Below, piece after piece: positions 25,791 to 35,755 of a stretch of 64,000 nucleotides of DNA. The position numbers and the translations under genes were made by a program. How positions within the stretch are numbered: position 1 is the first letter of the stretch; each line of letters opens with the position of its first letter. The notes beneath the pieces were generated by a model, which saw only the letters and a list, made by a program, of their open reading frames with translations, made no database searches and was not told where the DNA came from. The stretch comes from Oscillospiraceae bacterium (GTDB taxonomy: Bacteria; Bacillota; Clostridia; Saccharofermentanales; Saccharofermentanaceae): positions 17,911 through 81,910 of the forward strand of contig CACYMP010000005.1 in assembly GCA_902775565.1 (NCBI GenBank), written 5' to 3'.

Positions 25791-26426
25791 ATGTCTTTTT
25801 CTGAGAAAGTTTTTGAAGCGGGAATAGTCCCGGTGGTAGTCCTGAACAACGTGGAAGATGCGGTCCCGCTTGCAAGAGCGCTGCTCAAGGGCGGCATCTG
25901 TTTCATGGAGATAACGTTCAGAACGGAGTGCGCGGCTGAGTGCATTTCTGTCATCAGTAAAGAGGTTCCTGAAGTCATCGTAGGCGCGGGAACGGTTCTG
26001 AAAGTAGAACAGGCGAAGACCGCCGTTGAGTGCGGCGCAAAGTTCATCGTATCTCCCGGAATAGATGAAGAGACTGTCAGATGGGCAATCGAAAATGACA
26101 TTCCGGTGATCCCCGGCGCAGTTACACCGACTGAGATAATGAAAGCTATAAGCCTGGGACTTAAGACCGTCAAGTTTTTCCCTGCAGATGTATATGGCGG
26201 GATCAAAGCGATTAAAGCATTGTCAGCTCCTTTCGGACAGGTTAAGTTCCTTCCTACGGGCGGCGTGTCAGAAGCCAACCTTGCTGATTTCATCGGTAAT
26301 AGATCGGTATGTGCGGTTGGCGGAAGCTGGGTCTGCAAAAAAGACGACGTGTTAGACCACGACTGGGATAAGATAACCGCATTAGCTGCTAATGCCGTAA
26401 AGATAATCAAGGAGACAAGAGCATGA
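25791..26426 (+). CDS. eda: 2-dehydro-3-deoxyphosphogluconate (KDPG) aldolase
   Basis: ~210 aa. G(I/V)VPVV...E(I/V)TFRT...GAGTV...F(I/V)VSPG...KFFPA matches the KDPG/KHG aldolase pattern. ATG at 25791 follows a GAGG RBS. Confidence 0.85.
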   Translation: MSFSEKVFEAGIVPVVVLNNVEDAVPLARALLKGGICFMEITFRTECAAECISVISKEVPEVIVGAGTVLKVEQAKTAVECGAKFIVSPGIDEETVRWAIENDIPVIPGAVTPTEIMKAISLGLKTVKFFPADVYGGIKAIKALSAPFGQVKFLPTGGVSEANLADFIGNRSVCAVGGSWVCKKDDVLDHDWDKITALAANAVKIIKETRA

Positions 26427-27451
26427 GCAAGTTCCTTACTTTCGGAGAATTGATGTTAAGACTTAAGAGTCCGGGAAGGGAGCGCCTTATGCAGTCTCCT
26501 TCGCTCGAGGCGACATTCGGAGGCGGTGAGGCAAATGTTGCTGTCTCTCTTGCAAATTACGGCCTTGATGCCGAGTTCCTGTCAGTAATCCCATCGAACT
26601 CGATCGGCGATGCAGCAATAGGCGAACTCAAAAGATTCAATGTCGGAACGGATAAGATAATCAGGACTGACGGAAGGATGGGTATCTACTATCTTGAGAC
26701 GGGTGCCAACCAGCGTGCGAGCAAGGTCATCTATGACAGGGCATATTCTGCGATCTCGATGTTCGATCCCGAAAAATATGACTGGGACAGCATCTATAAC
26801 AATGTTACATGGCTCCATATCTCGGGCATTACACCCGCTATTTCGGAGCAGACAAAGGATGCTTCGATAGCATCAGTAAAGGAAGCAAAGAAGCGCGGAA
26901 TAACCGTCTCGATAGATCTCAATTACCGTAAGAATCTCTGGAAATACGGAGTGGATGCAAAAGAAGTCATGAGTGTCATGACGGAATATGCGGATGTCAT
27001 CATCGCAAATGAAGAGGACTGCCAGAAGTCTTTAGGACTTGAATGCAAGAGCAACGTTGAAGGCGGCAAGCTCGATAACGAGGATTACAGAAAGCTCAGC
27101 AACAGCCTTCTTGAGAAGTATCCGAATGTTAAGAAAGTCGCCATCACGTTAAGAGAGAGCAAGAGTGCTGACATCAATTTCTGGGCGGCCGCTCTCAATA
27201 ACGGAACGGATTTCATCGTAAGCCGCAAGTATGAGATGTATGACATCGTCGACCGTGTGGGCGGAGGAGATTCGTTCGCAGGAGGTCTTATCTACGGACT
27301 CAATGTATTGGGTGACGACAAGGAAGCCCTTGAATTCGCGGTTGCCGCAAGCTGCCTCAAGCATACGATCGACGGAGACTTCAACAGAGTGACTGTCGAT
27401 GAAGTCTTGAAGCTCGCAAAAGGCGACGGCTCTGGAAGAGTACAGCGCTGA
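26423..27451 (+). CDS. kdgK: 2-dehydro-3-deoxygluconokinase (PfkB family)
   Basis: PfkB motifs ([13 protein letters not shown]; [12 protein letters not shown]). ATGA overlap with eda. Confidence 0.85.
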   Translation: MSKFLTFGELMLRLKSPGRERLMQSPSLEATFGGGEANVAVSLANYGLDAEFLSVIPSNSIGDAAIGELKRFNVGTDKIIRTDGRMGIYYLETGANQRASKVIYDRAYSAISMFDPEKYDWDSIYNNVTWLHISGITPAISEQTKDASIASVKEAKKRGITVSIDLNYRKNLWKYGVDAKEVMSVMTEYADVIIANEEDCQKSLGLECKSNVEGGKLDNEDYRKLSNSLLEKYPNVKKVAITLRESKSADINFWAAALNNGTDFIVSRKYEMYDIVDRVGGGDSFAGGLIYGLNVLGDDKEALEFAVAASCLKHTIDGDFNRVTVDEVLKLAKGDGSGRVQR

Positions 27452-28378
27452 TCAGACCGACTCCCACTTTTTCCTGTATTCGCGGGGAGAACTCTCGAAA
27501 AATTTCCTGAATGTCTCGGCCATGTAGCTGACTCCGCGGAAGCCTGTCTGCGAAGCGATCTCAGTCATCGGCATCTTGCCTGCTCTTAAGAGCTCCGCGA
27601 CTTTTCGTGACCTAAGATGCATAAGATAATTGATCGGTGATTCGCCTACATACTGATGGAATAACGTGTTGCAAAGCGACTTGCTGATATTGCCGCTTGC
27701 TGCAATGTCGCTTAATGTTATCTGATTCTGATAGTTGTTCGAGATGTAGTGCATCATTGATTTGAAAGACTGCATTCCCGGGTCTGATACGGTCTCTTCG
27801 GTTATGCCGTAGGATTCCGCCTGTCTTCTTATGATGTCCCATATCTGGTAGAACCGCATTGTCACGGCGAAAGGATCGTGTCTTACCGCAGGGAGCCCGA
27901 GTACCAGTTTCCGCATCTCTTCGGTATTCTCGTTAATGGAACGGAATCTCAGGTAAGAAAGCTCAGGGTTATCAGTAATGGGCCTTATGGCCTGCATTTC
28001 AACGGCTACCGAGTTGGAAAGTATCCTAGGATTGATGACTGCGATGACATACTTTGCGGTCTCTCCGTCAACACAGACGTTATAGTGGATCTGATTTGAA
28101 TTGACCACTATCGTATCACCCTTGTTCAAAAGGATGTTCTTGCCGTTGACGACATACATCTGACGGCCTTCCTTGATGGTCATTATCTCTATGTCTTCAT
28201 GAAAGTGCGGAACGCCTTCCCAGGTCATTTTAGGCGCAATCCAACCGTCATATATATAGGAAGGAAAGTTGGGATCATCGTAGTTAACAATCTCGGAGCC
28301 GTCATCACGTTTGACAATGAGGCCCATGACTTCTCTTTTCATAACTATTTTTCTCCAAAACTCCGAAAAGTATAACAA
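27452..28378 (-). CDS. AraC-family transcriptional regulator (cupin sensor + HTH)
   Basis: N-terminal cupin-like sugar-binding domain. C-terminal AraC HTH (LSDIAASGNISKSLCNTLFHQYVGESPINYLMHLR...). The precise start is uncertain (several Met codons). Confidence 0.8.
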   Translation of the reverse strand: MLYFSEFWRKIVMKREVMGLIVKRDDGSEIVNYDDPNFPSYIYDGWIAPKMTWEGVPHFHEDIEIMTIKEGRQMYVVNGKNILLNKGDTIVVNSNQIHYNVCVDGETAKYVIAVINPRILSNSVAVEMQAIRPITDNPELSYLRFRSINENTEEMRKLVLGLPAVRHDPFAVTMRFYQIWDIIRRQAESYGITEETVSDPGMQSFKSMMHYISNNYQNQITLSDIAASGNISKSLCNTLFHQYVGESPINYLMHLRSRKVAELLRAGKMPMTEIASQTGFRGVSYMAETFRKFFESSPREYRKKWESV

Positions 28379-28489
28379 TATTCCAAACGCGTGGAAGATA
28401 GTTATAAAAATCGGGCAGTATTCGTCTGTTATCGTGCAGATACTTACAATATACTTGCAATCGAACAGAAAAGAAAGAGGGAAAATGAC

Positions 28490-29443
28490 ATGAGTGAGTA
28501 TTCAGGCAATGAAGCAGTAGTAATGAAGAATGTCTGTAAAGATTTCAAGGTATTAAACCGCCATGAAGGACTTAAAGGCAGCATTAAGGACCTGTTTTCG
28601 AGAGACTACAAGACCGTATCCGCAGTCAAGGATGTAACCCTTACTGTTAACAGGGGCGAGATAATCGGATATCTGGGACCTAACGGAGCAGGCAAGTCGA
28701 CAACCATCAAGATGATGACCGGCGTACTAGAGCCCACGAGCGGCGAGCTTCTCGTAAACGGCAAGGTGCCATACAAGAACAGGACAGAGAACTGCGAGAA
28801 CATCGGAGTCGTTTTCGGCCAGAGAAGCCAGCTTTGGTGGTCGCTTCCGCTGATCGAATCCTTCAAGCTCTTAAGAGACCTTTATATGGTTCCCGAAAAG
28901 GATTACGAAGGCATGATCGAGCTCTACCGTTCATTAGTCGATATCGAGCCGATCCTGCATAAGCCCGTAAGAGAGATGTCTCTTGGCCAGAGGACCTTGA
29001 GCGATATCCTGGCGGCATTCCTTCATAATCCCGCGATAGTTTTCCTGGACGAGCCCACGATAGGTCTTGACGTGTCAATGAAAGCAAAGATAAGGGAACT
29101 TATCCTCGGTCTTAATAAAGAGAAGAATACGACCGTTATACTTACCACACACGACATGGGAGACGTTGACGCGCTCTGCAAGAGGATCGTCATCATCGAT
29201 AAGGGTACGAAGATCTACGATAACGACATAGAGCATCTGAAGAACTATTTCGGTTCGTACAGAACATTGAAGCTCAAGCTCTCTGACGATACATGGGAAG
29301 AATACCTGATCGATGAGAAGACGACCGATGTCATGGACGTCATCATGGAAAAGCAGAAAGAAAAGAAGATAAAGGACGTAAAGATCGATGAGATCTCTAC
29401 GGAAGAAGTCATCAAGAAGATCTACGAAGGGAGCGCAAAATGA
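28490..29443 (+). CDS. ABC transporter ATP-binding protein
   Basis: Walker A GPNGAGKST, signature MSLGQR, Walker B VFLDEPT. ATG at 28490 follows AGAGGG. Confidence 0.85.
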   Translation: MSEYSGNEAVVMKNVCKDFKVLNRHEGLKGSIKDLFSRDYKTVSAVKDVTLTVNRGEIIGYLGPNGAGKSTTIKMMTGVLEPTSGELLVNGKVPYKNRTENCENIGVVFGQRSQLWWSLPLIESFKLLRDLYMVPEKDYEGMIELYRSLVDIEPILHKPVREMSLGQRTLSDILAAFLHNPAIVFLDEPTIGLDVSMKAKIRELILGLNKEKNTTVILTTHDMGDVDALCKRIVIIDKGTKIYDNDIEHLKNYFGSYRTLKLKLSDDTWEEYLIDEKTTDVMDVIMEKQKEKKIKDVKIDEISTEEVIKKIYEGSAK

Positions 29444-30249
29444 ATCCGAAAAGACTGCTTGCGATAACGAGAGCCGGCATAATGGAATCGCTCCATTTCA
29501 GGCTCGGCATCTTCGTTACGCTTTTTGCGAACCTGATCTATCTGGTCCTTGTTTACTACCTCTGGAAGGCGATCTATGATTCGTCCGGAACAGCTGTCGT
29601 AAACGGGATGACGTTCACCGATACGATGATCTATCTGATCCTGGCCACGGCACTTTTCAACTTCCTTGAGATGTTCGTTGTGTGGGATATGAGCAGATCG
29701 ATCCAGTCCGGCAAGATCGTGCTTGATCTCCTCAAGCCCATGCGGTTCAGGAAGTATACATTCTGGAGCTACACAGGCAATCACATCGTCCAGTTCGTGC
29801 TGACGTTCATTCCGACATTCATAGTCGTAATGATAGTTACCAAGGGCGCAATTCCGATGGGATTAAACCTTGTATGGTTCCTGATCGCCACGGTACTTGC
29901 ACTGATGATCAACTACAACCTGGAGATGCTGGTCGCGCCGATCTGTTTTTATACTGAATCCACATGGGGCGTAAACATCGTAAAAGAGACTATAGTACTG
30001 CTCCTTTCCGGAGCATCTATCCCGCTCGCATTCTTTCCGGAGAAGGCGAGGATGGTGGTGCAGTATCTTCCGTTCAGAGCGGTCTACGACATACCGCTTT
30101 CGATCCTTCTTGAAAAGAACGGATCAGACACATGGCAGGGGCTCTTGAGCCTTTTCGCAATGCAGATCGTATGGCTTGCGGTGCTGACTCTGGCGGGCAA
30201 TTTATTCTGGAACAGTGCGGTTAAGAAAGTAACCGTGAACGGAGGCTGA
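29440..30249 (+). CDS. ABC-2 family permease (DUF990-like)
   Basis: 6-TM protein. ATGA overlap with the ATPase gene. Confidence 0.7.
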   Translation: MNPKRLLAITRAGIMESLHFRLGIFVTLFANLIYLVLVYYLWKAIYDSSGTAVVNGMTFTDTMIYLILATALFNFLEMFVVWDMSRSIQSGKIVLDLLKPMRFRKYTFWSYTGNHIVQFVLTFIPTFIVVMIVTKGAIPMGLNLVWFLIATVLALMINYNLEMLVAPICFYTESTWGVNIVKETIVLLLSGASIPLAFFPEKARMVVQYLPFRAVYDIPLSILLEKNGSDTWQGLLSLFAMQIVWLAVLTLAGNLFWNSAVKKVTVNGG

Positions 30250-30250
30250 C

Positions 30251-31054
30251 ATGCATAAAAGAGGATTGGCATTCTATGCGCGTATCTACAGGAAGATACT
30301 GATACAGGATCTCAAGAGCAAGATGAGCTACAGGGCAGACTTTATCATTTCGACTTTCGGAATGATAATGACCAATCTGGCGGGCTTCGTCACCTTCATG
30401 ATCCTGTTCCATAACTTCCCGACGATCAACGGATGGGACTATTATCACATGCTGTTCCTGTACGGCTTTTCGCTCGTTGCGCTGACACCCGTTCAGTGCT
30501 TCTTCGATAATAACTGGAACCTGCGCTTCATGGTGCAGAGCGGTGATTTCATAAAGTACTGTTTCAGACCCGTTAACGTGTTTTTCTACTTCATATCTGA
30601 GGTGTTTGACGTAAAGGGATTGGGACAGCTGGCTTTCGGAATCGGTACAATTGTCTTTGCGTGGATAAAGATTGGAATTCCGGTAACACCTTTGGTTATC
30701 TTAAAGCTTCTGGTGTTCCTTCTGACCGCATCGCTCTTCATGATCGCGCTCATGAATTTCGCGGCCGCGACATGCTTCTGGATAAAGGGCTCGGGATACG
30801 TAATGGTCATCATGTTCCGCTTCAAGGATTTCTCGAAATATCCTTCATCGATCTTTGAAGGGATCTTCAAGATAATCTTTACGTTCATCATCCCGATCGC
30901 CTTCATCGCGTACTATCCGAGCCTTGTGATACTGGAGCCTTCTAACGTTCCGATCCTGTCATGGATATCGCCTTTATATGGCATACTGTTCGTATATTTA
31001 AGCTACAGATTCTGGATGCTCGGCGTAAGAAAATACGATTTCACGGGTTCTTAA
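30251..31054 (+). CDS. ABC-2 family permease (DUF990-like), second subunit
   Basis: 6-TM protein that starts 1 nt after the previous stop. Confidence 0.7.
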   Translation: MHKRGLAFYARIYRKILIQDLKSKMSYRADFIISTFGMIMTNLAGFVTFMILFHNFPTINGWDYYHMLFLYGFSLVALTPVQCFFDNNWNLRFMVQSGDFIKYCFRPVNVFFYFISEVFDVKGLGQLAFGIGTIVFAWIKIGIPVTPLVILKLLVFLLTASLFMIALMNFAAATCFWIKGSGYVMVIMFRFKDFSKYPSSIFEGIFKIIFTFIIPIAFIAYYPSLVILEPSNVPILSWISPLYGILFVYLSYRFWMLGVRKYDFTGS

Positions 31055-31067
31055 AGGAGAATATAAA

Positions 31068-31592
31068 ATGAATGATCTGGTAAAGATAATCAAGAGAACT
31101 GTTGTCCCGAATTTTCTGAATATCAGGACATCAATCAAAGCGTACGACAGAGATGCTCTGTGCTGCGGCGCGCCGTGCTGGAGATGGGCTTATCACGCGC
31201 TGCATTCGGCAGATAAATGGTTCATCAATCCGAACGTTTACGAGGAACCGTCTTTTCACGAAGAAGGAATGGACAATCCCGATAATCCGACTTCAGTTGT
31301 GCTTTCGGATGAACAGCTCCTTGAATATCTGGATGCGGTCGAAAAGAAGACTTTGGATTATCTTGATACTCTGACGGATGAAATGCTTTACGAGTGTCCC
31401 GATAATTGCAGGTTCACGAGAATGGAACTTGTACTTCGCCAGTTTAGGCATCTGTCTTTCCATACGGGTATGCTCAACGGTCAGGTCGCAGTCAACACGG
31501 GCGAGTTCCCGATGTGGGTTTCCGATGCCGACAAGTTTATTGATGACGGTGTGTTTTTCGGAAGGTACAGGAAAGGTCCGACGGTTATCTGA
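31068..31592 (+). CDS. DinB-superfamily protein
   Basis: ~170 aa helical protein with spaced His residues (AYHALHSADKW...FRHLSFHTGMLNGQ), as in DinB-like metal-binding bundles. Confidence 0.55.
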   Translation: MNDLVKIIKRTVVPNFLNIRTSIKAYDRDALCCGAPCWRWAYHALHSADKWFINPNVYEEPSFHEEGMDNPDNPTSVVLSDEQLLEYLDAVEKKTLDYLDTLTDEMLYECPDNCRFTRMELVLRQFRHLSFHTGMLNGQVAVNTGEFPMWVSDADKFIDDGVFFGRYRKGPTVI

Positions 31593-31654
31593 CTTCTTGT
31601 GATAACATTGATGTGAAATGACCGGACAAAAGCCGGCAGACAGGGAGAACGATC

Positions 31655-32254
31655 ATGGACATAAAGGAAATGAAGTGGACAAGAGAACCGTCGGAATACG
31701 TTCTTAAAGAAGACCTCATAGAGATAAAGACCGAACCTCATACCGACCTGTGGCAGAGGACCTACTATCATTTCCGCAATGACAATGCTCCTGCCTTGCA
31801 GTATGAGACGGATGAAAAGTTCTTCTCTTTTGTTGTAAAAACTGATTTTGCAGACAGCAATCACCGCTTCGATCAGTGCGGCATCGTCATGTATCTTGAT
31901 TCGGATAATTGGCTCAAGGCATCGGTTGAATACGAGAATGAGACATTTCAGCATTTAGGTTCTGTCGTTACCAATTACGGGTATTCCGATTGGGCAACTA
32001 CCGCGATTCCTTCTGACGTAAAGTCGATGTGGTACAGACTGAGCCGCAGGGAAGACGATTACTGCATAGAGTGTTCTTATGACGGCATGTCTTTTTCGCA
32101 GATGAGAGTCTGCCATATGTGGGAAGGCGCTGGTAAGATAAGATTCGGTATCTACGCCTGCAGTCCGGAAGATTCAAGCTTTACGGCTGTGTTTACTGAT
32201 CTTAATGTGACTGAGTGCGCATGGAAAGCACATGACGGTCAGCAGCCTGACTGA
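31655..32254 (+). CDS. DUF1349 (concanavalin-like) family protein
   Basis: MKWTREPSEY...IKTEPHTDLWQRTYYHFRNDNAP resembles the N-terminus typical of DUF1349. Confidence 0.65.
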   Translation: MDIKEMKWTREPSEYVLKEDLIEIKTEPHTDLWQRTYYHFRNDNAPALQYETDEKFFSFVVKTDFADSNHRFDQCGIVMYLDSDNWLKASVEYENETFQHLGSVVTNYGYSDWATTAIPSDVKSMWYRLSRREDDYCIECSYDGMSFSQMRVCHMWEGAGKIRFGIYACSPEDSSFTAVFTDLNVTECAWKAHDGQQPD

Positions 32255-32282
32255 TCTTGCGGCAGGGAGGATGGATCAACTT

Positions 32283-32759
32283 ATGTTCAGAAAGATGAGA
32301 CGGTTTAAGCAGCAGGTAAGTGAAGAGGAGTGTATCCGAGTATTGAAAGAGCAGCCGCGCGGCGTTCTTTCGATGATCGGAGATGACGGTTATCCGTACG
32401 GTATCCCTCTTGATCACTGGTATTGCGAAGAGAACGGAAGACTGTATTTTCACGGTGCGAAAGAAGGCCACAAGATCGATGCGATAAGCAAATGCGATAA
32501 GGTGAGCTTCTGCGTTATGGACGAGGGTTTCCGGAAGGAAGGCGAATGGGCTCTCAATATAACCTCAGTGGTTGTTTTCGGCAGGATCAGGTTTGTAACT
32601 GATCCCGAGCTGATAACGAAGATAGGAACAAACCTGTGCCGTAAGTTCACCAATGACGAAGAATACATCAGACATGAAGTTGAATTTGCTCTCCCGAGAG
32701 CGCAGTGCCTGGAGCTTATCCCGGAACACATGACGGGAAAGCTTGTTAATGAGAGCTGA
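32283..32759 (+). CDS. Pyridoxamine 5'-phosphate oxidase-family flavoprotein
   Basis: MFRKMRRFKQQVSEEECIRVLKEQPRGVLSM.GDDGYPYGIPL...YFHGAKEGHKID matches the Pyridox_ox_2/NimA-like pattern. Confidence 0.75.
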   Translation: MFRKMRRFKQQVSEEECIRVLKEQPRGVLSMIGDDGYPYGIPLDHWYCEENGRLYFHGAKEGHKIDAISKCDKVSFCVMDEGFRKEGEWALNITSVVVFGRIRFVTDPELITKIGTNLCRKFTNDEEYIRHEVEFALPRAQCLELIPEHMTGKLVNES

Positions 32760-32776
32760 TGATATAGATCTAAAGA

Positions 32777-33130
32777 TCAGTCTTCGTTATATACTTCTTT
32801 TGCCAGATTGAATACTGCCCATGCTTTTGGCCAGCCTGCGTAAAACGCGGTATGCGTAATGACAGCTGCCATTTCCTTTTGTGAAACACCGTTTTTCCTG
32901 GCGTTCATGAGGTGGTATTTGATGGAACTGTCAGTAATGCCCTGGGACATCAAAGCAACGACTGTTATGATGATCCTGGTCTTAAGATCGATATCTTCGT
33001 TATTCCAGTTCTCACCGAAGAGAATGTCATCGTTAAAGTGCGCAAAGTCAGGCGCAAATTCTCCAAGCTGAAATCTTCCCGCAGTCTGTACTATTTTCTT
33101 GCTCATGGTATATGCCTCCTTAAAACCCAA
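32777..33130 (-). CDS. Carboxymuconolactone decarboxylase (CMD/AhpD-like) family protein
   Basis: ~117 aa with ...LDLKTR.II.V..L......S.....H...A..NG.S..E......H.A.Y.G.P.A. Confidence 0.75.
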   Translation of the reverse strand: MGFKEAYTMSKKIVQTAGRFQLGEFAPDFAHFNDDILFGENWNNEDIDLKTRIIITVVALMSQGITDSSIKYHLMNARKNGVSQKEMAAVITHTAFYAGWPKAWAVFNLAKEVYNED

Positions 33131-33364
33131 GTCCCTTCACCCATTCGTTGACTTTTGCTCTGACACTGTCCTTATTATTTTGGCAATCGTTGCCTCTTAT
33201 GGCAAGCCCAGCTGGTACGGCGTATGCCGCGTATAAGACAACCTTTTGGTGATGATCTTTAAAAGAATTCTCTGTATCACGCTCTGTTTTTATTCAAACA
33301 GAGCGCGAAACAGGTAATGATATCCGCGTGATCTTTCCCGTTTTGTTTTCAGGCAGAATATTTG

Positions 33365-33409
33365 CTTGACAACCATCCTTTTCGGAATTAAAATGACACC
33401 GTGTCATTT
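33365..33409 (+). promoter_or_regulatory. Promoter plus palindromic operator upstream of the TetR gene
   Basis: TTGACA (33365-33370), 18 nt, then TAAAAT (33389-33394). This overlaps a 9-bp perfect inverted repeat AAATGACAC-c-GTGTCATTT (33391-33409). Confidence 0.55.
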
Positions 33410-33432
33410 ATTTGTGATGAGCGGAGGTCGGT

Positions 33433-34104
33433 ATGCCGAAAGTAAGCGAAGAATACTATGAAAAGAAGCGCAAAGAGATAATCGATGCGGCTTACCGCGT
33501 ATGCGTAAGAAAACCAATAACTTCTGTTGAGATGAAAGACATAATAGCAGAGACCGGCTTTTCGCACGGTGTTATCTACAGGTACTACAAGGACTTGGAT
33601 GAAGTCTTAAAGGACCTGGTGATCACGATCAACGCAAACAATACGATAGATGAGAAGCTTGACGCGATCCTGAAGAAAGCAAAGCCGGAGCAGTGGGAGA
33701 AGACTATCCGTGCGATCTGCAGGATGCTCGCGGATCAAATGAAAGAAGTGGGAACGGATCTTCTTAAGGTCTCCATCTACAGTGACATGATGGCGATGGC
33801 AGATCCGGAAAGAGCGATGAACATTGCGCAAAGGCTCGGCAAAGACGAGCAGAGCCCGCTTCTTTACGCTACGGAAGCAACGGGCAGATTTCTGACTGAT
33901 ATAATCAAAAAGAATAAGCTTAAGCCAGTTTCTTCAGTCGATGAGATACTGCAGTTCATGATAGTCACATATCACGGAGTACAGACGGGTTATGTGCTTA
34001 CGGAATGCTTTAAGGTCCCTCATGTTGAAGGCAAGTACAAGCCCGAAGACATGTTCGACCAACTCGCAAGATCAGTGATACTAATGCTTGGAGGTAAGGT
34101 CTGA
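33433..34104 (+). CDS. TetR/AcrR-family transcriptional regulator
   Basis: N-terminal TetR HTH (ITSVEMKDIIAETGFSHGVIYRYYKDLDEV). Confidence 0.85.
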   Translation: MPKVSEEYYEKKRKEIIDAAYRVCVRKPITSVEMKDIIAETGFSHGVIYRYYKDLDEVLKDLVITINANNTIDEKLDAILKKAKPEQWEKTIRAICRMLADQMKEVGTDLLKVSIYSDMMAMADPERAMNIAQRLGKDEQSPLLYATEATGRFLTDIIKKNKLKPVSSVDEILQFMIVTYHGVQTGYVLTECFKVPHVEGKYKPEDMFDQLARSVILMLGGKV

Positions 34105-34105
34105 T

Positions 34106-34855
34106 ATGATTTTTCACACATTCGGAGATAAAGAAAACAAAGCGATCATACTCGTGCACGGAATGCTCAACCCGTGGCAGATCTGGACGGATACCATAGA
34201 AAAGTTCAAAGAAAAGTACTATGTAATAGTACCTGAACTTGACGGGCATACACAAAGTGAGAAGAGCGTGTTCATATCAGTTGATGACGAAGCAGCGAAG
34301 ATTACGGAATATATAAAGAATGAACTCGGCGGAGAAGTCTTTCTTCTCGCAGGTCTCTCGATGGGCGGAAGGATCGCTGCAACGGCTGCGAAAAGCAAAG
34401 ACATAAGGATCGAGAATCTTGTTCTTGACGGAGCGCCGCTTACTAATATCAACGGTTTGTTAAAGACTGTATTCAAGAAAAATTACAAAGTGATAATCAA
34501 AAAGTCCAAGGCACGCGATCCGAAGACCTTAGAGAGTGCGAAGAGGGATTTCCTGCCCGAGAAGATGATACCGTTCTATCTGAATGTCGCGGACAACATG
34601 GAAGATCAGTCGATCGTAAATATGATCGACACTGTATTTTCGGATTTCGATTTCAGCGGATATCGCGATGACATGCGCATACTTTACATGCACGGAACAA
34701 AAGGGAGCGAACAGGAAGCGCGCAAGTGCGCAGTTAACATGAAGAAAGCAAATCCGCAGACTGAGATCAGATGTTTTGAAGGTCTTGATCATGCGGAGCT
34801 GGCCTGCTTCAAGAACGTGCAGTGGGCTGCCGAAGTAGAGGGGTTCATTTCGTGA
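34106..34855 (+). CDS. Alpha/beta hydrolase
   Basis: ILVHGML near the N-terminus and nucleophile elbow GLSMGG. ATG at 34106 follows GGAGG. Confidence 0.75.
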   Translation: MIFHTFGDKENKAIILVHGMLNPWQIWTDTIEKFKEKYYVIVPELDGHTQSEKSVFISVDDEAAKITEYIKNELGGEVFLLAGLSMGGRIAATAAKSKDIRIENLVLDGAPLTNINGLLKTVFKKNYKVIIKKSKARDPKTLESAKRDFLPEKMIPFYLNVADNMEDQSIVNMIDTVFSDFDFSGYRDDMRILYMHGTKGSEQEARKCAVNMKKANPQTEIRCFEGLDHAELACFKNVQWAAEVEGFIS

Positions 34856-35688
34856 TCGATTACATAAGAGAGAATTTAAGCTACTACCCGATCTATTGGC
34901 GTCTTCTTTTCAAGACAAAGAAGGAGTTTACGCCTGAATATGTTTCTTATGGTGAGGATAAGGAGCAGTATTTCCTTTACTATGAACCCGCTAAATCTGT
35001 CAGTGACAAGGTAGTAGTCTGGGTACACGGCGGAGGATGGAACGCGGGCAATCCTAAGTTCTTCGATTATGTGGGACAGACAATGGCAAGAGCGGGATAC
35101 CGTTTCATTTCGATAGGGTACAGGTTATCTCCAAAAAACAAATATCCTGTGCAGCTGGAAGATGTCTGCAACGCTTATAATGCAGCCATGAAGTATCTTA
35201 AAGATAAGGGGATAGACATATCGAAAACGGTGTTGTCCGGTCCTTCTGCAGGCGCTCATCTGTCTTCTATAATGTGCTATTGCAAAGACGTTCAGGATAA
35301 GTACAAAGTGGATATTTCAAATGTAATCGGCTACGTAGGATTCGGCGGACCGTATATCTTCAGAAAGAGTCAGACAAAGACACTCGCAATGCTTATCGGA
35401 ATGCTTTTCGAAAAGGGTTATGACAGGCGTCAGGGTGAACCGTGGTCTTTGATGACGAAGAATCACGTGCCGATGCTCCTTATACAGAGCCGTCATGACG
35501 GGCTTGTCGAATTTGAGTGTGCTGAGGAATTTGCGCAGAAAGCAGAGACGGTAGGCAATAAGTGTGAGATATATGAAGTTGAAGATAAAAGAAACACTCA
35601 CTCGTGGTATACGGCCGGATTCTTCATGTTTACGCGAGAAGAGAGCAGGACGCTGGATAAGTTCCTTTCATTCATTGAATCACTCTGA
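34852..35688 (+). CDS. Alpha/beta hydrolase (esterase/lipase, HGGG type)
   Basis: VWVHGGGW oxyanion motif, GPSAGAH nucleophile elbow, later HDGLV. Probable GTG start overlapping the previous stop (GTGA). Confidence 0.7.
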   Translation: MIDYIRENLSYYPIYWRLLFKTKKEFTPEYVSYGEDKEQYFLYYEPAKSVSDKVVVWVHGGGWNAGNPKFFDYVGQTMARAGYRFISIGYRLSPKNKYPVQLEDVCNAYNAAMKYLKDKGIDISKTVLSGPSAGAHLSSIMCYCKDVQDKYKVDISNVIGYVGFGGPYIFRKSQTKTLAMLIGMLFEKGYDRRQGEPWSLMTKNHVPMLLIQSRHDGLVEFECAEEFAQKAETVGNKCEIYEVEDKRNTHSWYTAGFFMFTREESRTLDKFLSFIESL

Positions 35689-35755
35689 GCCTGGATTAGT
35701 GTTATAATGTCCGGGTTGATTTGAAGGCGCTGTTTGTGCCTGAAAGAGGTTGATC

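Noticed and set aside
25787-26410. 207-aa minus-strand ORF, and similar long antisense ORFs (1322-1915, 4488-5222, 16603-17202, 31481-31954, 36345-36905, 59030-59695, 59861-60616, 63160-63624)
   Set aside because: All lie opposite CDSs with strong family motifs, lack an RBS and recognisable domains, and have the skewed composition typical of shadow frames.
33280-33305. 10-bp perfect hairpin CGCTCTGTTT-ttattc-AAACAGAGCG in the CMD/TetR divergent region, considered as a terminator or riboswitch stem
   Set aside because: It lies between two divergently transcribed starts, has no T-tract on either strand and no flanking conserved structure that I recognise.
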